From Azoarcus sp. (GTDB lineage: Bacteria > Pseudomonadota > Gammaproteobacteria > Burkholderiales > Rhodocyclaceae), in NCBI GenBank assembly GCA_031265765.1, contig JAISCE010000003.1:11738-75737 (forward strand): a stretch of 64,000 nt of DNA, written 5' to 3'. The notes beneath the pieces were generated by a model. That model did no database searches, had not been told where the DNA came from, and was given only the letters and a program-made list of their open reading frames with translations. Positions 39,735-54,001 of this stretch are shown here, one piece after another; position 1 is the stretch's first letter; every line of letters begins with the position of its first letter. Both the position numbers and the translations under genes were made by a program.

Positions 39735-42700
39735 ATGCGCCGCCCTGTTTTGTTCTGTCTCTGCTCGATCTTGCGTCTTTCCAAGCTCAAACTCGCCGGT
39801 TTCAAGACCTTTGTCGACCCGATCACGGTGCGCACGTCGGGGAATCTCGTCGGCATCGTCGGGCCAAATGGTTGCGGCAAGTCGAACGTCATTGATGCGG
39901 TGCGATGGGTGCTTGGGGAAACTCGCGCTTCGGCGTTGCGCGGCGAGTCGATGCAGGATGTCATTTTCAATGGTTCCACGACCCGCAAGCCGGTCTCGCG
40001 CGCCAGCGTCGAACTGGTGTTCGACAACAATGCCGGACGCGCAGCCGGGCAATGGGCGCCTTACGCCGAGATCGCCGTGCGCCGCGCGCTCGAACGCTCG
40101 GGGGAGTCGACTTATTACATCAATGGCATCCATGTGCGCCGCCGCGATGTGATCGATCTTTTTCTCGGCACCGGACTGGGGCCGCGCGCTTACGCAATCA
40201 TCGAGCAGGGGATGATTTCGCGCATCATCGAGGCCCGTCCGGAGGAAATCCGGGGCTTTCTTGAAGAAGCGGCGGGCGTCACCCGTTACCGCGAACGGCG
40301 GCGCGAGACCGAGGGGCGACTGTCCGATGCGCGCGACAATCTCGCCCGCCTGGACGATATCCGCCTGGAACTGGGCGAGCGCATCGGACATCTCGAAGCG
40401 CAGGCCGCGACCGCCGAACGGTATCGGGCGCTCAACGCCGCCCTTGTCGAGCGCCAGCAACTGCTGTGGCTCATCAAGCGTAACGAGGCGCGCGCCGGGC
40501 ATGCCCGCGCCGCGGAGGAACTCGGGGCGGCCACGATCCGCATCGATACCGACAATGCCCGCCTGCAAACACTGGAGCGCACGCTCGAGGAGGCGCGCGC
40601 CGGACATCTGGCCGCTTCCGAGGCCGTGCATCTCGCGCAAAGCGATCTTTTCGCGGCGGGGGCGGAGGTTTCGAGGCTCGAAGCCGAATTGCAGCACTTG
40701 GGCGATACACGGCAGCGGCTCAATGCCCGTCTCGGCCAACTCGATGCCGATTTCGATCAATGGCGCATCCGCCGCGAGACGCTCGACGAGGAGCGTATTC
40801 GTTGGGAGGCGCTGGCCGGGAACGCCGCCTTGCGCGTCGAACAGGCCGAGGCGCGCCATCAGGAAATCTCCGGGCGCTCGCCGGAATGCGAATCCGATCG
40901 GCGGGCCGCCGAGGCGACGGTGGCGTCGGTGCGGCGCGAACTGGCGGCGACCGAGCAGCAGTTGCGGGTGGAGGATGCTCATCGCGTCCACGCCGGGCGC
41001 GCTCTCGATGCCCTGGTTCAGCGCCGCGCGAAGCTCGATGGGGAACATGACGGGATCGAGGGGCCGGATGCGGCGCTGCTGGCCGGGCGGCAAGCGCGGC
41101 TCGATGCCTTGCGCGAGCGTTGCGAGGCGCTGCAACAGGCGCTTGCCGGGGAGCAGGCGCGGCAGCCCGCATTGCAGACGGCGCTCAAGGAGGCGCTCGA
41201 TGCCGAGCGCGCGGTGCAGCGCGGCCTGACCGAATTGCGCGCGCAGCACAATGCCCTGGCGCGGGTCCAGTCCGGGGCCGCGGCCCAGGGCGAACCCGAT
41301 GGCTGGCTTGCCCGGCACGGTCACGATGGACTGCCGCCGCTGTGGCGGTCGCTGGAAGTCGATGCCGGGTGGGAAACGGCGCTGGAAACCGTACTCCGCG
41401 AACGGCTGGCGGCGCTGGTGACGGAGGAGGGCGGCGCGCTTGCCGCCGATCTTCTCGCCGAGCCGCCCGCGGCGGTGCTGGCTCTCGGTTTTGCCGGCGG
41501 CGCGGCATTGTCCATGCCCGATGCGTTGCCGCCGCCGGTCGGGACGACGCCTTTGAGCGCGTATGTCCGCGCCGGTGACGATGTGAGGCAGGCTTTGCTC
41601 GTCGACTGGCTGCATGGCTGGTTCGCGGTCGACCGGATCGACGACTGGCTTGCGCGCCGGGGCGGACTCGCGCCCGGTGTGTGCCTGGTCAGCCGGAGCG
41701 GCCAGGTGCTGAGCCGCAGTATGCTGGCGCATGTGGTTCCCGATAGCCGCACGCATGGCGTCATCGAGCGCCAGCGCGAGATCGACGCGCTGGCCGCGCG
41801 CCTGCGGACGCTCGAAGACGAGGCGCTTGCCGTGCATGATGCCTTGCTCGCCGCCGAGTCCGCCGCCGCTGGGGCGCAGGCCCGCATCGACGATTTGCGC
41901 CGCGATGCGCAGGCGGCGCAGGGCGCGCGCCATGCCGGGGAAGTCGAGGCGCTCAAGCTTGCCCAGGCGGCGAGCCGCGCCGAGGAGCAACGGGCGCGCA
42001 TCTCGAACGATCTGGCCGAATTGGCGCGCCAGGAGGAAGGGGAGCGCGAAAGTCATGCGCGGGCCGAACGTGAATATGCCCGCGCCGTCGAATTGGCCGA
42101 GTTGCAGCGCGGACAACTCGATGCCGCCCTGGACGTGCTGCGGGAGCGTGATGAAGCGTTGCGCGCTTTGCGCGCACTGGAGCAATCGTTGGCGCGCGAG
42201 TTCCAGGAAGCGCAATTTTCGGCGCGCGAATGCGCGGGCAAGCTGGAAGACAACGCCCGAAACGCGCAGTTGGCGGATGGGCAACTCGCCCGGATCGCCA
42301 ATGAACGCGCCGCCCGCGAAGCGGAACGCGAGGCGACCGACGATAGCCGTTGCCGCGAGTCCTTGCAAACGGCGCTCGACGCGCACGGCAGCCGGGAGGC
42401 GGCGCTGGCCGGACGGCGCGATGCGCTGGAGCAGGCGGCGGCGCTATTGCGCGAAACCGAGGAACTGCGTCTGCGCACCGAGCACGATGCCGCGCCGTTG
42501 CGCGCACGGGTGGCCGATTTGCGGCTGGAGGCGCAGGCGGCGGAATTGGCGATCGCGCAGTTCGACGAGAGATTGGCGGAAGCCGGGGCCGACGAGGCGG
42601 CGCTTGCACCGCTCCTGGAAAGCGCGCCGGGCGAGAATGCGCTCCAGCGCGAAGTGGCGCGGCTTGGGCGCGACATGGCCGCGCTGGGCGCGGTCAACCT

Positions 42701-43307
42701 TGCCGCCGTCGAGGAACTGCGCGCCGCCGCCGAGCGCAAGGGATATCTGGATGCGCAGAACGACGACTTGCTGCAAGCCATCGAAACGCTGGAAGATGCC
42801 ATCCGTCGTATCGACCGCGAGACGCGCGAGCAGTTGCAGGCAACCTACAATACGGTCAATGAGCATTTCGGCAGGCTGTTCCCGCAGCTTTTCGGGGGAG
42901 GCCGGGCGGCGCTGGTACTGACCGGGGAGGAAATCCTCGATGCGGGCGTCCAGATCGTGGCGCAGCCGCCGGGCAAAAAGAATGCGTCGATCCAGTTGTT
43001 GTCCGGGGGCGAAAAGGCGCTTACCGCGATTGCGCTGGTCTTTGCGATGTTCCAGCTCAATCCCGCGCCGTTTTGCATGCTCGACGAGGTCGATGCGCCG
43101 TTGGACGATGCCAACACTGGGCGCTACGCCGAGATGGTGAAACAGATGTCGGCGCAGACGCAGTTCATTTTCATCAGCCATAATAGGATCACGATGGAAG
43201 TTGCACAGCAGTTGGTGGGCGTGACGATGCAGGAACAGGGGGTATCGAGGGTGGTGGAAGTGGACGTGGAAGCAGCGTTGCGCCTGGCTGAGCCGGCGGC
43301 GGCGTAA
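39735..43307 (+). CDS. smc: Chromosome partition protein SMC
   Basis: Walker A GPNGCGKSN, long coiled coils, C-terminal LSGGEK signature. RBS AAGGA. Confidence 0.9.
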   Translation: MRRPVLFCLCSILRLSKLKLAGFKTFVDPITVRTSGNLVGIVGPNGCGKSNVIDAVRWVLGETRASALRGESMQDVIFNGSTTRKPVSRASVELVFDNNAGRAAGQWAPYAEIAVRRALERSGESTYYINGIHVRRRDVIDLFLGTGLGPRAYAIIEQGMISRIIEARPEEIRGFLEEAAGVTRYRERRRETEGRLSDARDNLARLDDIRLELGERIGHLEAQAATAERYRALNAALVERQQLLWLIKRNEARAGHARAAEELGAATIRIDTDNARLQTLERTLEEARAGHLAASEAVHLAQSDLFAAGAEVSRLEAELQHLGDTRQRLNARLGQLDADFDQWRIRRETLDEERIRWEALAGNAALRVEQAEARHQEISGRSPECESDRRAAEATVASVRRELAATEQQLRVEDAHRVHAGRALDALVQRRAKLDGEHDGIEGPDAALLAGRQARLDALRERCEALQQALAGEQARQPALQTALKEALDAERAVQRGLTELRAQHNALARVQSGAAAQGEPDGWLARHGHDGLPPLWRSLEVDAGWETALETVLRERLAALVTEEGGALAADLLAEPPAAVLALGFAGGAALSMPDALPPPVGTTPLSAYVRAGDDVRQALLVDWLHGWFAVDRIDDWLARRGGLAPGVCLVSRSGQVLSRSMLAHVVPDSRTHGVIERQREIDALAARLRTLEDEALAVHDALLAAESAAAGAQARIDDLRRDAQAAQGARHAGEVEALKLAQAASRAEEQRARISNDLAELARQEEGERESHARAEREYARAVELAELQRGQLDAALDVLRERDEALRALRALEQSLAREFQEAQFSARECAGKLEDNARNAQLADGQLARIANERAAREAEREATDDSRCRESLQTALDAHGSREAALAGRRDALEQAAALLRETEELRLRTEHDAAPLRARVADLRLEAQAAELAIAQFDERLAEAGADEAALAPLLESAPGENALQREVARLGRDMAALGAVNLAAVEELRAAAERKGYLDAQNDDLLQAIETLEDAIRRIDRETREQLQATYNTVNEHFGRLFPQLFGGGRAALVLTGEEILDAGVQIVAQPPGKKNASIQLLSGGEKALTAIALVFAMFQLNPAPFCMLDEVDAPLDDANTGRYAEMVKQMSAQTQFIFISHNRITMEVAQQLVGVTMQEQGVSRVVEVDVEAALRLAEPAAA

Positions 43308-43341
43308 TAGGAACCAGCAATGGAAACGGTGCGCTAAGGGT

Positions 43342-46595
<3,254 letters not shown>

Positions 46596-46598
46596 TTG

Positions 46599-47510
46599 AT
46601 GAACAAGTCGAACAAAATAACGAAAGCCGTTTTCCCCGTAGCCGGTCTGGGCACCCGTTTTTTGCCCGCCACCAAGGCCAGTCCCAAGGAAATGCTGCCC
46701 ATCGTCGATAAACCGCTGATCCAGTACGCGGTGGAAGAAGCCGTGGCTGCGGGCATGACCGACATGATCTTCATCACGGGCCGCACCAAACGCTCGATCG
46801 AAGACCATTTCGACAAAGCCTACGAACTCGAAACCGAACTGGAAGCGCGCGGCAAAGAGGAATTGCTCGAAATCGTGCGCCACACCGTGCCGAAGAACGT
46901 GAAATGCATCTACATCCGTCAATCCGAAGCGTTGGGCCTCGGGCATGCCGTATTGTGCGCAAGCCGCGTCATCAGCGCCGACGAAGCCTTTGCCGTGCTG
47001 CTCGCGGACGACCTGATCGACAACCCCGGCGGCCCGCCCGTCATGCAGCAGATGGCCGAAGTCTACGGCTACCACCGCTGTTCCGTACTGGGCACGATGA
47101 ATGTGCCGCGCATGGATACCCGCCAATACGGCGTCGTCAGCACCGAACGGCAGGAAGGCAAGATTCAGCGGATGACCGGCATCGTCGAAAAACCCGAACC
47201 CGACAGAGCGCCGACGACACAAGCCGTAGTGGGGCGCTACATCCTCACCGCGCGCATCTTCGAGCACCTTGAAGCACTCAAGCCCGGCGCGGGCGGCGAA
47301 TTGCAACTCACCGACGCCATTGCCGCGCTGCTCAAGAAAGAGTCCGTACTCTCCTACCTGTTCGACGGTACGCGCTACGATTGCGGCTCCCGGCTCGGCT
47401 ACCTCAAGGCTTCGGTCGAACTGGGATTGCAGCACCCGGAAGTGGGCAAGGAATTCGGCATCTATCTCGACAGCCGTTTCGGCGGCGGAAAAAAGAAACA
47501 GAACGGTTAG
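46599..47510 (+). CDS. galU: UTP--glucose-1-phosphate uridylyltransferase
   Basis: [27 protein letters not shown] motif. AGGAG RBS 8 nt upstream. Confidence 0.9.
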   Translation: MNKSNKITKAVFPVAGLGTRFLPATKASPKEMLPIVDKPLIQYAVEEAVAAGMTDMIFITGRTKRSIEDHFDKAYELETELEARGKEELLEIVRHTVPKNVKCIYIRQSEALGLGHAVLCASRVISADEAFAVLLADDLIDNPGGPPVMQQMAEVYGYHRCSVLGTMNVPRMDTRQYGVVSTERQEGKIQRMTGIVEKPEPDRAPTTQAVVGRYILTARIFEHLEALKPGAGGELQLTDAIAALLKKESVLSYLFDGTRYDCGSRLGYLKASVELGLQHPEVGKEFGIYLDSRFGGGKKKQNG

Positions 47511-47600
47511 CCGGAATAGCCGGCGGCGCGCCCCGGCGGTAACGAAATGGAATGGACGGCTCTGGCGGACATCGGGCCGCTGTTCGTCCTTGCGTGAATC

Positions 47601-48515
47601 ATGGCCATCGAAGCCTTCATCCTGATCCTCTCCATGTTTGCCGTGGGCTATGCGTTCGCCCGGCGCAAAGTGCTGCCGGACAACGCCGCCGACGTGCTGA
47701 ACCGGGTCGTGCTTTATCTCTGCTTTCCCGCCGCGATCCTGCTTTATCTGCCGCGGCTGCATTTCGACTGGGGCGTCGTGGGGCTGGCGGCGACGCCGTG
47801 GCTACTGGGACTTGCGGCCTGGGGCGCGTTGTGGCTTGCCGCCAGGCGTTTCCATTTTCGCAACGAGGTTTACGCGGCCCTGCTGCTCTGCACCCTGCTC
47901 GGCAACACGGGCTTCGTCGGCTATCCGATGATCCGGGCATTGCGGGGCGAAGAAACGCTCGCCTACGCGGTGGTTTACGACCAATTCGGCAACGGCCTCA
48001 TCCTGAGCACATTCGGCATGTACATCTGCGCCCGCTACAGTGGCGGCGCTTCGCCATCGTTGTCCGCCATCGCGCGCCGCGTCCTGCTCTTTCCGCCGAC
48101 GGTAGCATTGATACTGGCCTTGACGATCATGCCGGAAAATCCGCCCGGCTGGCTCGGACACGGCCTGAAAAGCCTTGCGGACGCGCTTTTGCCGCTGGTC
48201 ATGCTCGCGGTGGGGCTGTCGCTGCGCTTTCGCATGCCTTCCGAGGAAATCCGCCCGCTTGCCGTGGGGCTTGCTCTCAAGCTCGTAATATTGCCCGCGC
48301 TGGTTTTGGGCGGTTCGCTGCTCGCGGGTCTGCGGGGCGACATGCTTGCCGCCAACGTGCTGGAAACCGCCATGCCCCCGATGATTACCGCCGGGGTACT
48401 TGCCATCGCGCACAATTTCGCTCCCCGGCTGGCTGCGGCGCTGGTGGGCTACGGCCTTCTCGTTTCAATGCTCACCGTTCCGGCATGGGCATGGATATTG
48501 CGAATCGCAGGGTGA
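47601..48515 (+). CDS. AEC-family (auxin efflux carrier / MdcF-like) transporter
   Basis: 304 aa, ~10 TM helices, AEC-family pattern. Confidence 0.75.
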   Translation: MAIEAFILILSMFAVGYAFARRKVLPDNAADVLNRVVLYLCFPAAILLYLPRLHFDWGVVGLAATPWLLGLAAWGALWLAARRFHFRNEVYAALLLCTLLGNTGFVGYPMIRALRGEETLAYAVVYDQFGNGLILSTFGMYICARYSGGASPSLSAIARRVLLFPPTVALILALTIMPENPPGWLGHGLKSLADALLPLVMLAVGLSLRFRMPSEEIRPLAVGLALKLVILPALVLGGSLLAGLRGDMLAANVLETAMPPMITAGVLAIAHNFAPRLAAALVGYGLLVSMLTVPAWAWILRIAG

Positions 48516-48762
48516 AGCGAGGCGGCCGCGCGGCGATTGTGATGAGAAACCGAAGTTACACAGTTGGATTGACAGACTCGGCGACCCCGGAATCGACGAC
48601 ATCGTCGACCGTGCCGACCTTGCCAATATCGCTGAAAATGGTATCGGTAGTATTGACGATGCTGCCGATGAGATTCCCGACGTTGAAGCTGTTTGAAACA
48701 GCATCAACAGAAACGGGTTGCCGAAGTTTCAACGTCTTGCCCAAGAGGTGTTTGCATCGGTT

Positions 48763-49590
48763 TCATAGCAGATTCCCTCGCCGGAAGATGAGATAACCCC
48801 CGGATGCCGCGGCAAGCCCGAGCGCGGCGGGATAGGCCAGCGCAAAGAGCCGGAAGCCGTCCGCGCCGAAAGTATCGAAGATCACGTAGGCGGCCGGGCC
48901 GAGTACGACGAGCTGCGGGTCGAACACCGACAGCGCCGCGGTGCGGAAGACTTGCAAGGGGTTTGCCAGCGCGATGGTCACCGCGAGTTCGGGGTCGATG
49001 CGGCCCTGGATCATGACGCCGAGCAGAATCAGGTCGAGAAAGAGCAAAAGCGCGAGCCACAGCAGGAAGGCCGCCCCCTGGGCTACGTCGGTGCTGTGCG
49101 CGATGGCCGAGATGAGCATGCCCAGGCCGAGAAAGCACAGTGCTATCGCGGCAAGCAGCGCCGTATAGTAGCCGAACGTCGGCCAGGGCACTTCGATGCC
49201 ATCGAAATGCCCCCAGGCCGCCGCGCCCAACATGGCGAGGAAGACCGGCGCGAACGTCACCGCGTAGCGGCCGAGAAACTTGCCCCAGAACCAGGCGCCG
49301 AGCGATACCGGCAGGGCGAGCAGGTATTCCAGTACGCCCGTTTCGCGGTCGCCGGCGACCGAGCGTACCGTGGTGATGAGCACGAAGACCGGCAGGATCG
49401 CCATGGTGATCTGGATGTAGGACACCAGCAGGCGCGACAGCCCGATGAAACCCAGTACGCGCGATTCGGTCAGGCCGAAGGCGAAGAGCAGCGCGACGAT
49501 GCCGCCGAATACCAGGGTGTAGATCTGGAACCAGCGCGCGCGCAGCGATTCGGCAATGTCGAGCCGGGCGGTGAGGAGCAATTGCTTCAT
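48763..49590 (-). CDS. nosY: Nitrous oxide reductase maturation ABC permease NosY
   Basis: 275 aa, 6-TM ABC-2 permease downstream of nosF/nosL. ATGA overlap with nosL. Confidence 0.8.
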   Translation of the reverse strand: MKQLLLTARLDIAESLRARWFQIYTLVFGGIVALLFAFGLTESRVLGFIGLSRLLVSYIQITMAILPVFVLITTVRSVAGDRETGVLEYLLALPVSLGAWFWGKFLGRYAVTFAPVFLAMLGAAAWGHFDGIEVPWPTFGYYTALLAAIALCFLGLGMLISAIAHSTDVAQGAAFLLWLALLLFLDLILLGVMIQGRIDPELAVTIALANPLQVFRTAALSVFDPQLVVLGPAAYVIFDTFGADGFRLFALAYPAALGLAAASGGYLIFRRGNLL

Positions 49591-50024
49591 TCCATGCCTT
49601 TCGCCAATATGTGCTGGCGCATCTCCTCGAAACCGAGGGCTTTTTCATTGGTTGAATCCACCGCCGCGAAGTTGTAGCCCATGGGCGAGGAGCGACCGAT
49701 GTAATACGCTTGGCGAGGATCGAGCCAGCGGACTGTGTTGCGGTTCGGGCTGGTGAAGTTGGCAACCCATATACGGACATCGGCGTCATCGATCCAGGGC
49801 TGTTTCGCCACGTTTCGTTGTGTCCATTTGACGAGACAGCCGATGTCATCGAACTTGAACACGGTATCGGCGGGCCCGCCGCGCAGTTCGACGGCAAAAC
49901 GGTGATTGGAGATCGCCATTTTGCAATGAGAGCAGGTATCTCGATCCCAGTGAATCACGCTCATGCCTTTGGGCCGTCCGCCATCGTCGCAGGCGGCGAG
50001 CAGTTCGGGCAGCAGCGGAAGCAT
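49587..50024 (-). CDS. nosL: Copper chaperone lipoprotein NosL
   Basis: Lipobox LLAAC and CxxCxMxI motif (DTCSHCKMAISNHRFAVEL...FDDIGCL). Confidence 0.65.
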   Translation of the reverse strand: MLPLLPELLAACDDGGRPKGMSVIHWDRDTCSHCKMAISNHRFAVELRGGPADTVFKFDDIGCLVKWTQRNVAKQPWIDDADVRIWVANFTSPNRNTVRWLDPRQAYYIGRSSPMGYNFAAVDSTNEKALGFEEMRQHILAKGME

Positions 50025-50114
50025 GCTGGTGCGAACGAGGAAGGTACGGCGCGACCGGCTGCAATCTCTGTTGGGGGGGGGAATGTGTGATGGCATAAGT
50101 ACTCCAGTCCTTTT

Positions 50115-50777
50115 CTAATATGCATCGGGTGAAACTTTTTCGGCTGGCTTGCCGTCGAGCGCCACGCGGCCCATGTCCATTTCGATGACGCGACCGACCA
50201 GTGCGGAGACTTCGGCGAGGCGGTGGCAGGAAATGAGCATAGTGGTTTCGTTCGATCGTTGTGCGAGCAGGTCGAAAAAGATCTTGCGCGCCTCGGGGTC
50301 GAGGTTGGCAGCCGGTTCGTCCATTATCAGGACGCGGGTATCGCGTCCGAGCGCGATGGCGATGAGGAGTTTTTGTTTCATGCCGCCGGACAGGCGCATG
50401 AACTGGCGTTCGCGCACCGCTTCCATGTCCAGGCCGAGCCGGTTGGCGACGGAAGCGATGCGTTGCGGGGCGGTACCGCACAATGCCGCCGAAAAAGCGA
50501 CGAGTTGCCCCACCGGCATTTTGAGCGGCGGCGGCAACTGCGGCACGAAGCCGATTTTGCCAAGCGCCGCGGCGCGCTGCCGGCGCGGGTCGAAACCATC
50601 GATGCGTACTACTCCGTCATAAGCGTATTCGCCGAGCAGGCAGCGGATCAGCGTGGTCTTGCCTGCGCCGTTGGAACCGATCAGGGCGACGCGCTCGCCC
50701 GGTTCGATGGAAAGCGCGATTCCGTCCAGCGCCCGGACGCGGCGGAAGGTCTTGACCAGGTTTTCGAGCAGAATCAT
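50115..50777 (-). CDS. nosF: ABC ATPase NosF
   Basis: Walker [10 protein letters not shown], signature LSGGMKQK, Walker B LIMDEP. Confidence 0.85.
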   Translation of the reverse strand: MILLENLVKTFRRVRALDGIALSIEPGERVALIGSNGAGKTTLIRCLLGEYAYDGVVRIDGFDPRRQRAAALGKIGFVPQLPPPLKMPVGQLVAFSAALCGTAPQRIASVANRLGLDMEAVRERQFMRLSGGMKQKLLIAIALGRDTRVLIMDEPAANLDPEARKIFFDLLAQRSNETTMLISCHRLAEVSALVGRVIEMDMGRVALDGKPAEKVSPDAY

Positions 50778-50832
50778 GGCGATTGCCGGCAATAGGGTTC
50801 GGATTCATGGGCGGCGCGGCGCTCGATCGGCG

Positions 50833-51795
50833 TCACGATATTCCCTTGATTTCGTAGCGCAGCGCGCCGTTTTTGCAAACATCCACGCACAGGCCGCAGC
50901 GTGTACAGTCCGGGCCGAGCGCCGTATTCGCCTCGGCGGCGCGTCCCTTGATCGTCACATCGAGCACGTGCGGCACCAGGCATACCTTGCGGCAGTCGCC
51001 TTCGTGCAGGCACGGTTCGAGACGGAAGCTCACCCGCAGCGGCGAGACCGATCCCACTACGCCGTAGGTAAGGCCGATCGGGCAGATGTAGCGGCACCAG
51101 GCGCGGCGCGACCAGAACACCTCGAAAACCAGAAGCAGGAACACCCAGCCCAGGGCCAGTCCCGGCCCGTAGATCAGGGCGCGCGACAGGATGCCGGTGG
51201 GCGAAAGCGTCTCGAATACGGTGTAGCCGGTGGCGAGGGCCAACAGCGCGAAAAGCGCCCAGAACACCGTGCGTGCGCCGCGGTGGAATGCGTGATCGGT
51301 CACGAGTCCACGGCGCGCGAGCGCGAGATGGGCTTTTTCAGCCAGTTCGGAGAACAGATGATAGGGACACACCCAAGAACAGAAGGTGCGCCCGCCGAGC
51401 ATGACCCACAGCAGGAAGACGGTGAGCGTGCCGATGAGGAGGTTGATGACGATGTGCTTGTGGGCGAGCATCACCTGTAGCGCGGCGTTGAGGTCGATGA
51501 GATGGAATCCCGCGAAGCGCGATGCGGTGAGCGCGCCTTCGAGAAGTTGGATGTCGAGCCGGTAGGAGAGTACGAAGAACAGGTTTACCGCCACGAGCGT
51601 CGCCCAGCGCCAGTTGCGCCATTTGTGGCTGGGCGCAGACGCCGCCTCTGCCTGCGCCTGCAACTGTTCCTGGATGAAGCGCGCATTGTCATGGTATTTG
51701 AAAGCCGTGATTTGCCGCGCTTCGTCGGAAATCTCCATCGGTTTCTTCGGGGCGGCGCCGAGCATCTCCAGGAATTGATCGGTGTGGCGGCTCAT
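50833..51795 (-). CDS. nosH: NapH-like membrane-bound iron-sulfur protein NosH
   Basis: TM helices plus CxxCxxC ferredoxin motifs (CSWVCPY, CRYICPIG, CTRCGLCVDVC). Confidence 0.75.
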   Translation of the reverse strand: MSRHTDQFLEMLGAAPKKPMEISDEARQITAFKYHDNARFIQEQLQAQAEAASAPSHKWRNWRWATLVAVNLFFVLSYRLDIQLLEGALTASRFAGFHLIDLNAALQVMLAHKHIVINLLIGTLTVFLLWVMLGGRTFCSWVCPYHLFSELAEKAHLALARRGLVTDHAFHRGARTVFWALFALLALATGYTVFETLSPTGILSRALIYGPGLALGWVFLLLVFEVFWSRRAWCRYICPIGLTYGVVGSVSPLRVSFRLEPCLHEGDCRKVCLVPHVLDVTIKGRAAEANTALGPDCTRCGLCVDVCKNGALRYEIKGIS

Positions 51796-52652
51796 TGCTC
51801 AACCCTCCGCCACATTGCGCGCGCCTCGATCGTCATGGCGGCGGGTTCGACCGGGCACACCATCTCGCACACCCCGCAGCCCACGCATTGTTCGCGCACC
51901 ACCGGCCTGAAATGGCGCTCGCCGCCCTCGCCGGCGAAGGATTCCATGGCGATGGCGTCGGCGATCGGGCATTCGGTGACGCACAGGTCGCAAAGCGCGC
52001 GCTCATAAGGGTGGTCGCGCAATGGGATGGGTTTCCAGCGGTCGACGTCGAGGTAGCGCATTTTTCCCTTGAAGGCGTTGCCGCGCGCCGGTCCCGTAAA
52101 CCCTTTGCCCTGAACGGCAAGACAGCGTCCAGGATGCGCGAGCCGCGCCAGACCGACACGTTCCTTTAAGTTGAGGATCGCTCCAGGAACCTGCGCCCCG
52201 GCCTTGAGCGTCGGCGGCGACGAGAGCGCCATGCCCGCGCGCACCGGCAGGAAGGGCGGTTTATGGTAAGTGAGCGCGCCGGTCGGACAGGCGAGGATGC
52301 ATTGCGCCACGTCGCAGGAGAAATCGCAGGCTTGCGCGCGTGCGTCGATGTACGGCGTGCCGATGCCGAAGCCGTCGTCGATGTCTCCGAGCCGGATCGC
52401 GCCGACCGGACAGACTTGTACGCACTGGCCGCACTTGATGCAGGAAGCGAGAAAATCGGCCTCGTCGAGCGCGCCCGGCGGACGCAGGCGCAAGGCGCGT
52501 CCGCCGACGATGGGGAGATAGCCCGAAAGCGAGATGCCGAGCACGGCGGCGGCGAGGCCGGTCGAACGCATGAAGACGCGCCGCGCGCGGCGCGCTTTTT
52601 CGGAGGATGCCGGCGATCGGGGTTTACCGGGTTTGCCGTCGGGCGCGTTCAT
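51792..52652 (-). CDS. nosG: NapG-like periplasmic 4Fe-4S ferredoxin NosG (Tat signal)
   Basis: Twin-arginine leader RRARRVFMRSTGLAAAV and four CxxCxxCxxxCP clusters. Confidence 0.75.
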   Translation of the reverse strand: MNAPDGKPGKPRSPASSEKARRARRVFMRSTGLAAAVLGISLSGYLPIVGGRALRLRPPGALDEADFLASCIKCGQCVQVCPVGAIRLGDIDDGFGIGTPYIDARAQACDFSCDVAQCILACPTGALTYHKPPFLPVRAGMALSSPPTLKAGAQVPGAILNLKERVGLARLAHPGRCLAVQGKGFTGPARGNAFKGKMRYLDVDRWKPIPLRDHPYERALCDLCVTECPIADAIAMESFAGEGGERHFRPVVREQCVGCGVCEMVCPVEPAAMTIEARAMWRRVEQ

Positions 52653-53998
52653 GGCGACGCCCGCCGAGGTTTGACGAAACGCGGCTTGCCGTCGCGCAAA
52701 ACGAGATCGGGCGCGGAAAAGGGCGCAAGCCGTTCAAGGAAATCGAGCAGTTCCATGACCGGCGAAGCACGAAAGAAAGTGGCCATCGGGAATTCCATCC
52801 AGATCAGGTCGGCGTTGGCGTGAAGTTCGTATGCATAATCGCCCCAGCCATCGCCGTCGCGGTCGAACCCTTGGTAGTCGTCCCAGTAATTGCCTTCCCA
52901 GGAATTTTTCTCCGGGTTTTCAGTGCGTCCGCCGTAGCTCACATGGGTCAGGTTGCCCTCGAAAATGTTGTCGCGCATATGATTGCCGCCCGTCTCCGAA
53001 TTGAACTGGATGGCGATGCCGTTGTAGGCGAAACGGTTGCCGCGCAATTCGATGCTCGTGTCCGGTTCAAAGGGCGACAGATCGGAACCGATGCCGATGC
53101 CGCAATAGACGATCTCGTTGTTTTCGATCACCGTGCCGGAAGATTCCTTGAAGCCGATGCCCATGCCGGTTGCGCCGGTGGCGTGCGAGATGACATTGCC
53201 GCGCGCCGCGCCGCCGTGGGTGTACATGAAATAGATGCCCACCGCGTTGTCGAAGAAGCGGTTGCCTTCGACCAGATTGTCGTCGGCGAACATGAAGTGG
53301 ATGGAATAGCGGCTGCGCCGCCCAGTGTTGCCGCGGAACACGTTGCGATGCGAGTACCAGGCCACCATGTCGCGCGAATCGGTTATTTCGTTCGCTTCGA
53401 TCAGGTTGTCGTTGCTGTACCAGAGGCGGAGCGCGTCGCCGCGCAGGCCGAGCGCCATATCCTTGGAACGGATGCGGTTGCCGCGCACGATGTTGCGATC
53501 CGCCTGTTTGAGATCGATGCCGAACAGGCAGCCGTCCATCTCCAGGTTTTCGATCACATTGCGGTTGCTGTGCACATTGAGGCAGGCGTCGTCGGTATCG
53601 TGCGAGTCGCCGGAGCCGGTGAGGCGCAGGCCGCGCACGACCGTGTCGCTGGCGTCGAGCGACATCACCGTGCCTTTGTCGCCGGCGTCGATGACGACCG
53701 CGCCGCCGCCCTCGATGGTGAGCGGTTTGTCGATCGTGACAGGCCCGGCATAGACGCCGGGCGGCGGACGCAACGCCGATCCCGGCGCGGCGGCATCGAC
53801 CAGCGTCTGGAAGGGGGGGAGGCCGCGGATGCGCGGCGCGCGTTCGGCCAACGGGAAAACCGGCTTCGGCCGGTCGATGGTGACGCGCGGCGCGGCGTCG
53901 GCGGCGGGGTCTTCTTTCCATGCGCCGCTCCCCGGACACGCGAATGCAAGGAGCGCGGCGGCGGGCCAGAGACGAAGACGCCAGCTTGGCAGGAACAT
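52649..53998 (-). CDS. nosD: Periplasmic copper-binding beta-helix protein NosD
   Basis: Signal peptide, repeated right-handed beta-helix motifs (NRIRSKDMALGLRGD, NEIVYCGIGIG). Confidence 0.85.
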   Translation of the reverse strand: MFLPSWRLRLWPAAALLAFACPGSGAWKEDPAADAAPRVTIDRPKPVFPLAERAPRIRGLPPFQTLVDAAAPGSALRPPPGVYAGPVTIDKPLTIEGGGAVVIDAGDKGTVMSLDASDTVVRGLRLTGSGDSHDTDDACLNVHSNRNVIENLEMDGCLFGIDLKQADRNIVRGNRIRSKDMALGLRGDALRLWYSNDNLIEANEITDSRDMVAWYSHRNVFRGNTGRRSRYSIHFMFADDNLVEGNRFFDNAVGIYFMYTHGGAARGNVISHATGATGMGIGFKESSGTVIENNEIVYCGIGIGSDLSPFEPDTSIELRGNRFAYNGIAIQFNSETGGNHMRDNIFEGNLTHVSYGGRTENPEKNSWEGNYWDDYQGFDRDGDGWGDYAYELHANADLIWMEFPMATFFRASPVMELLDFLERLAPFSAPDLVLRDGKPRFVKPRRASP

Positions 53999-54001
53999 CG
54001 A

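Noticed and set aside
39405-42386. 993-aa minus-strand ORF antisense to smc, and similar long antisense ORFs (48704-49897 across nosY, 52607-55114 and 53067-54896 across nosD/nosB, 25501-26700 across yifB)
   Set aside because: Low-complexity Arg/Ala/Gly/Pro-rich translations with no domain signatures. They lie opposite well-supported genes and are a GC-bias artefact.
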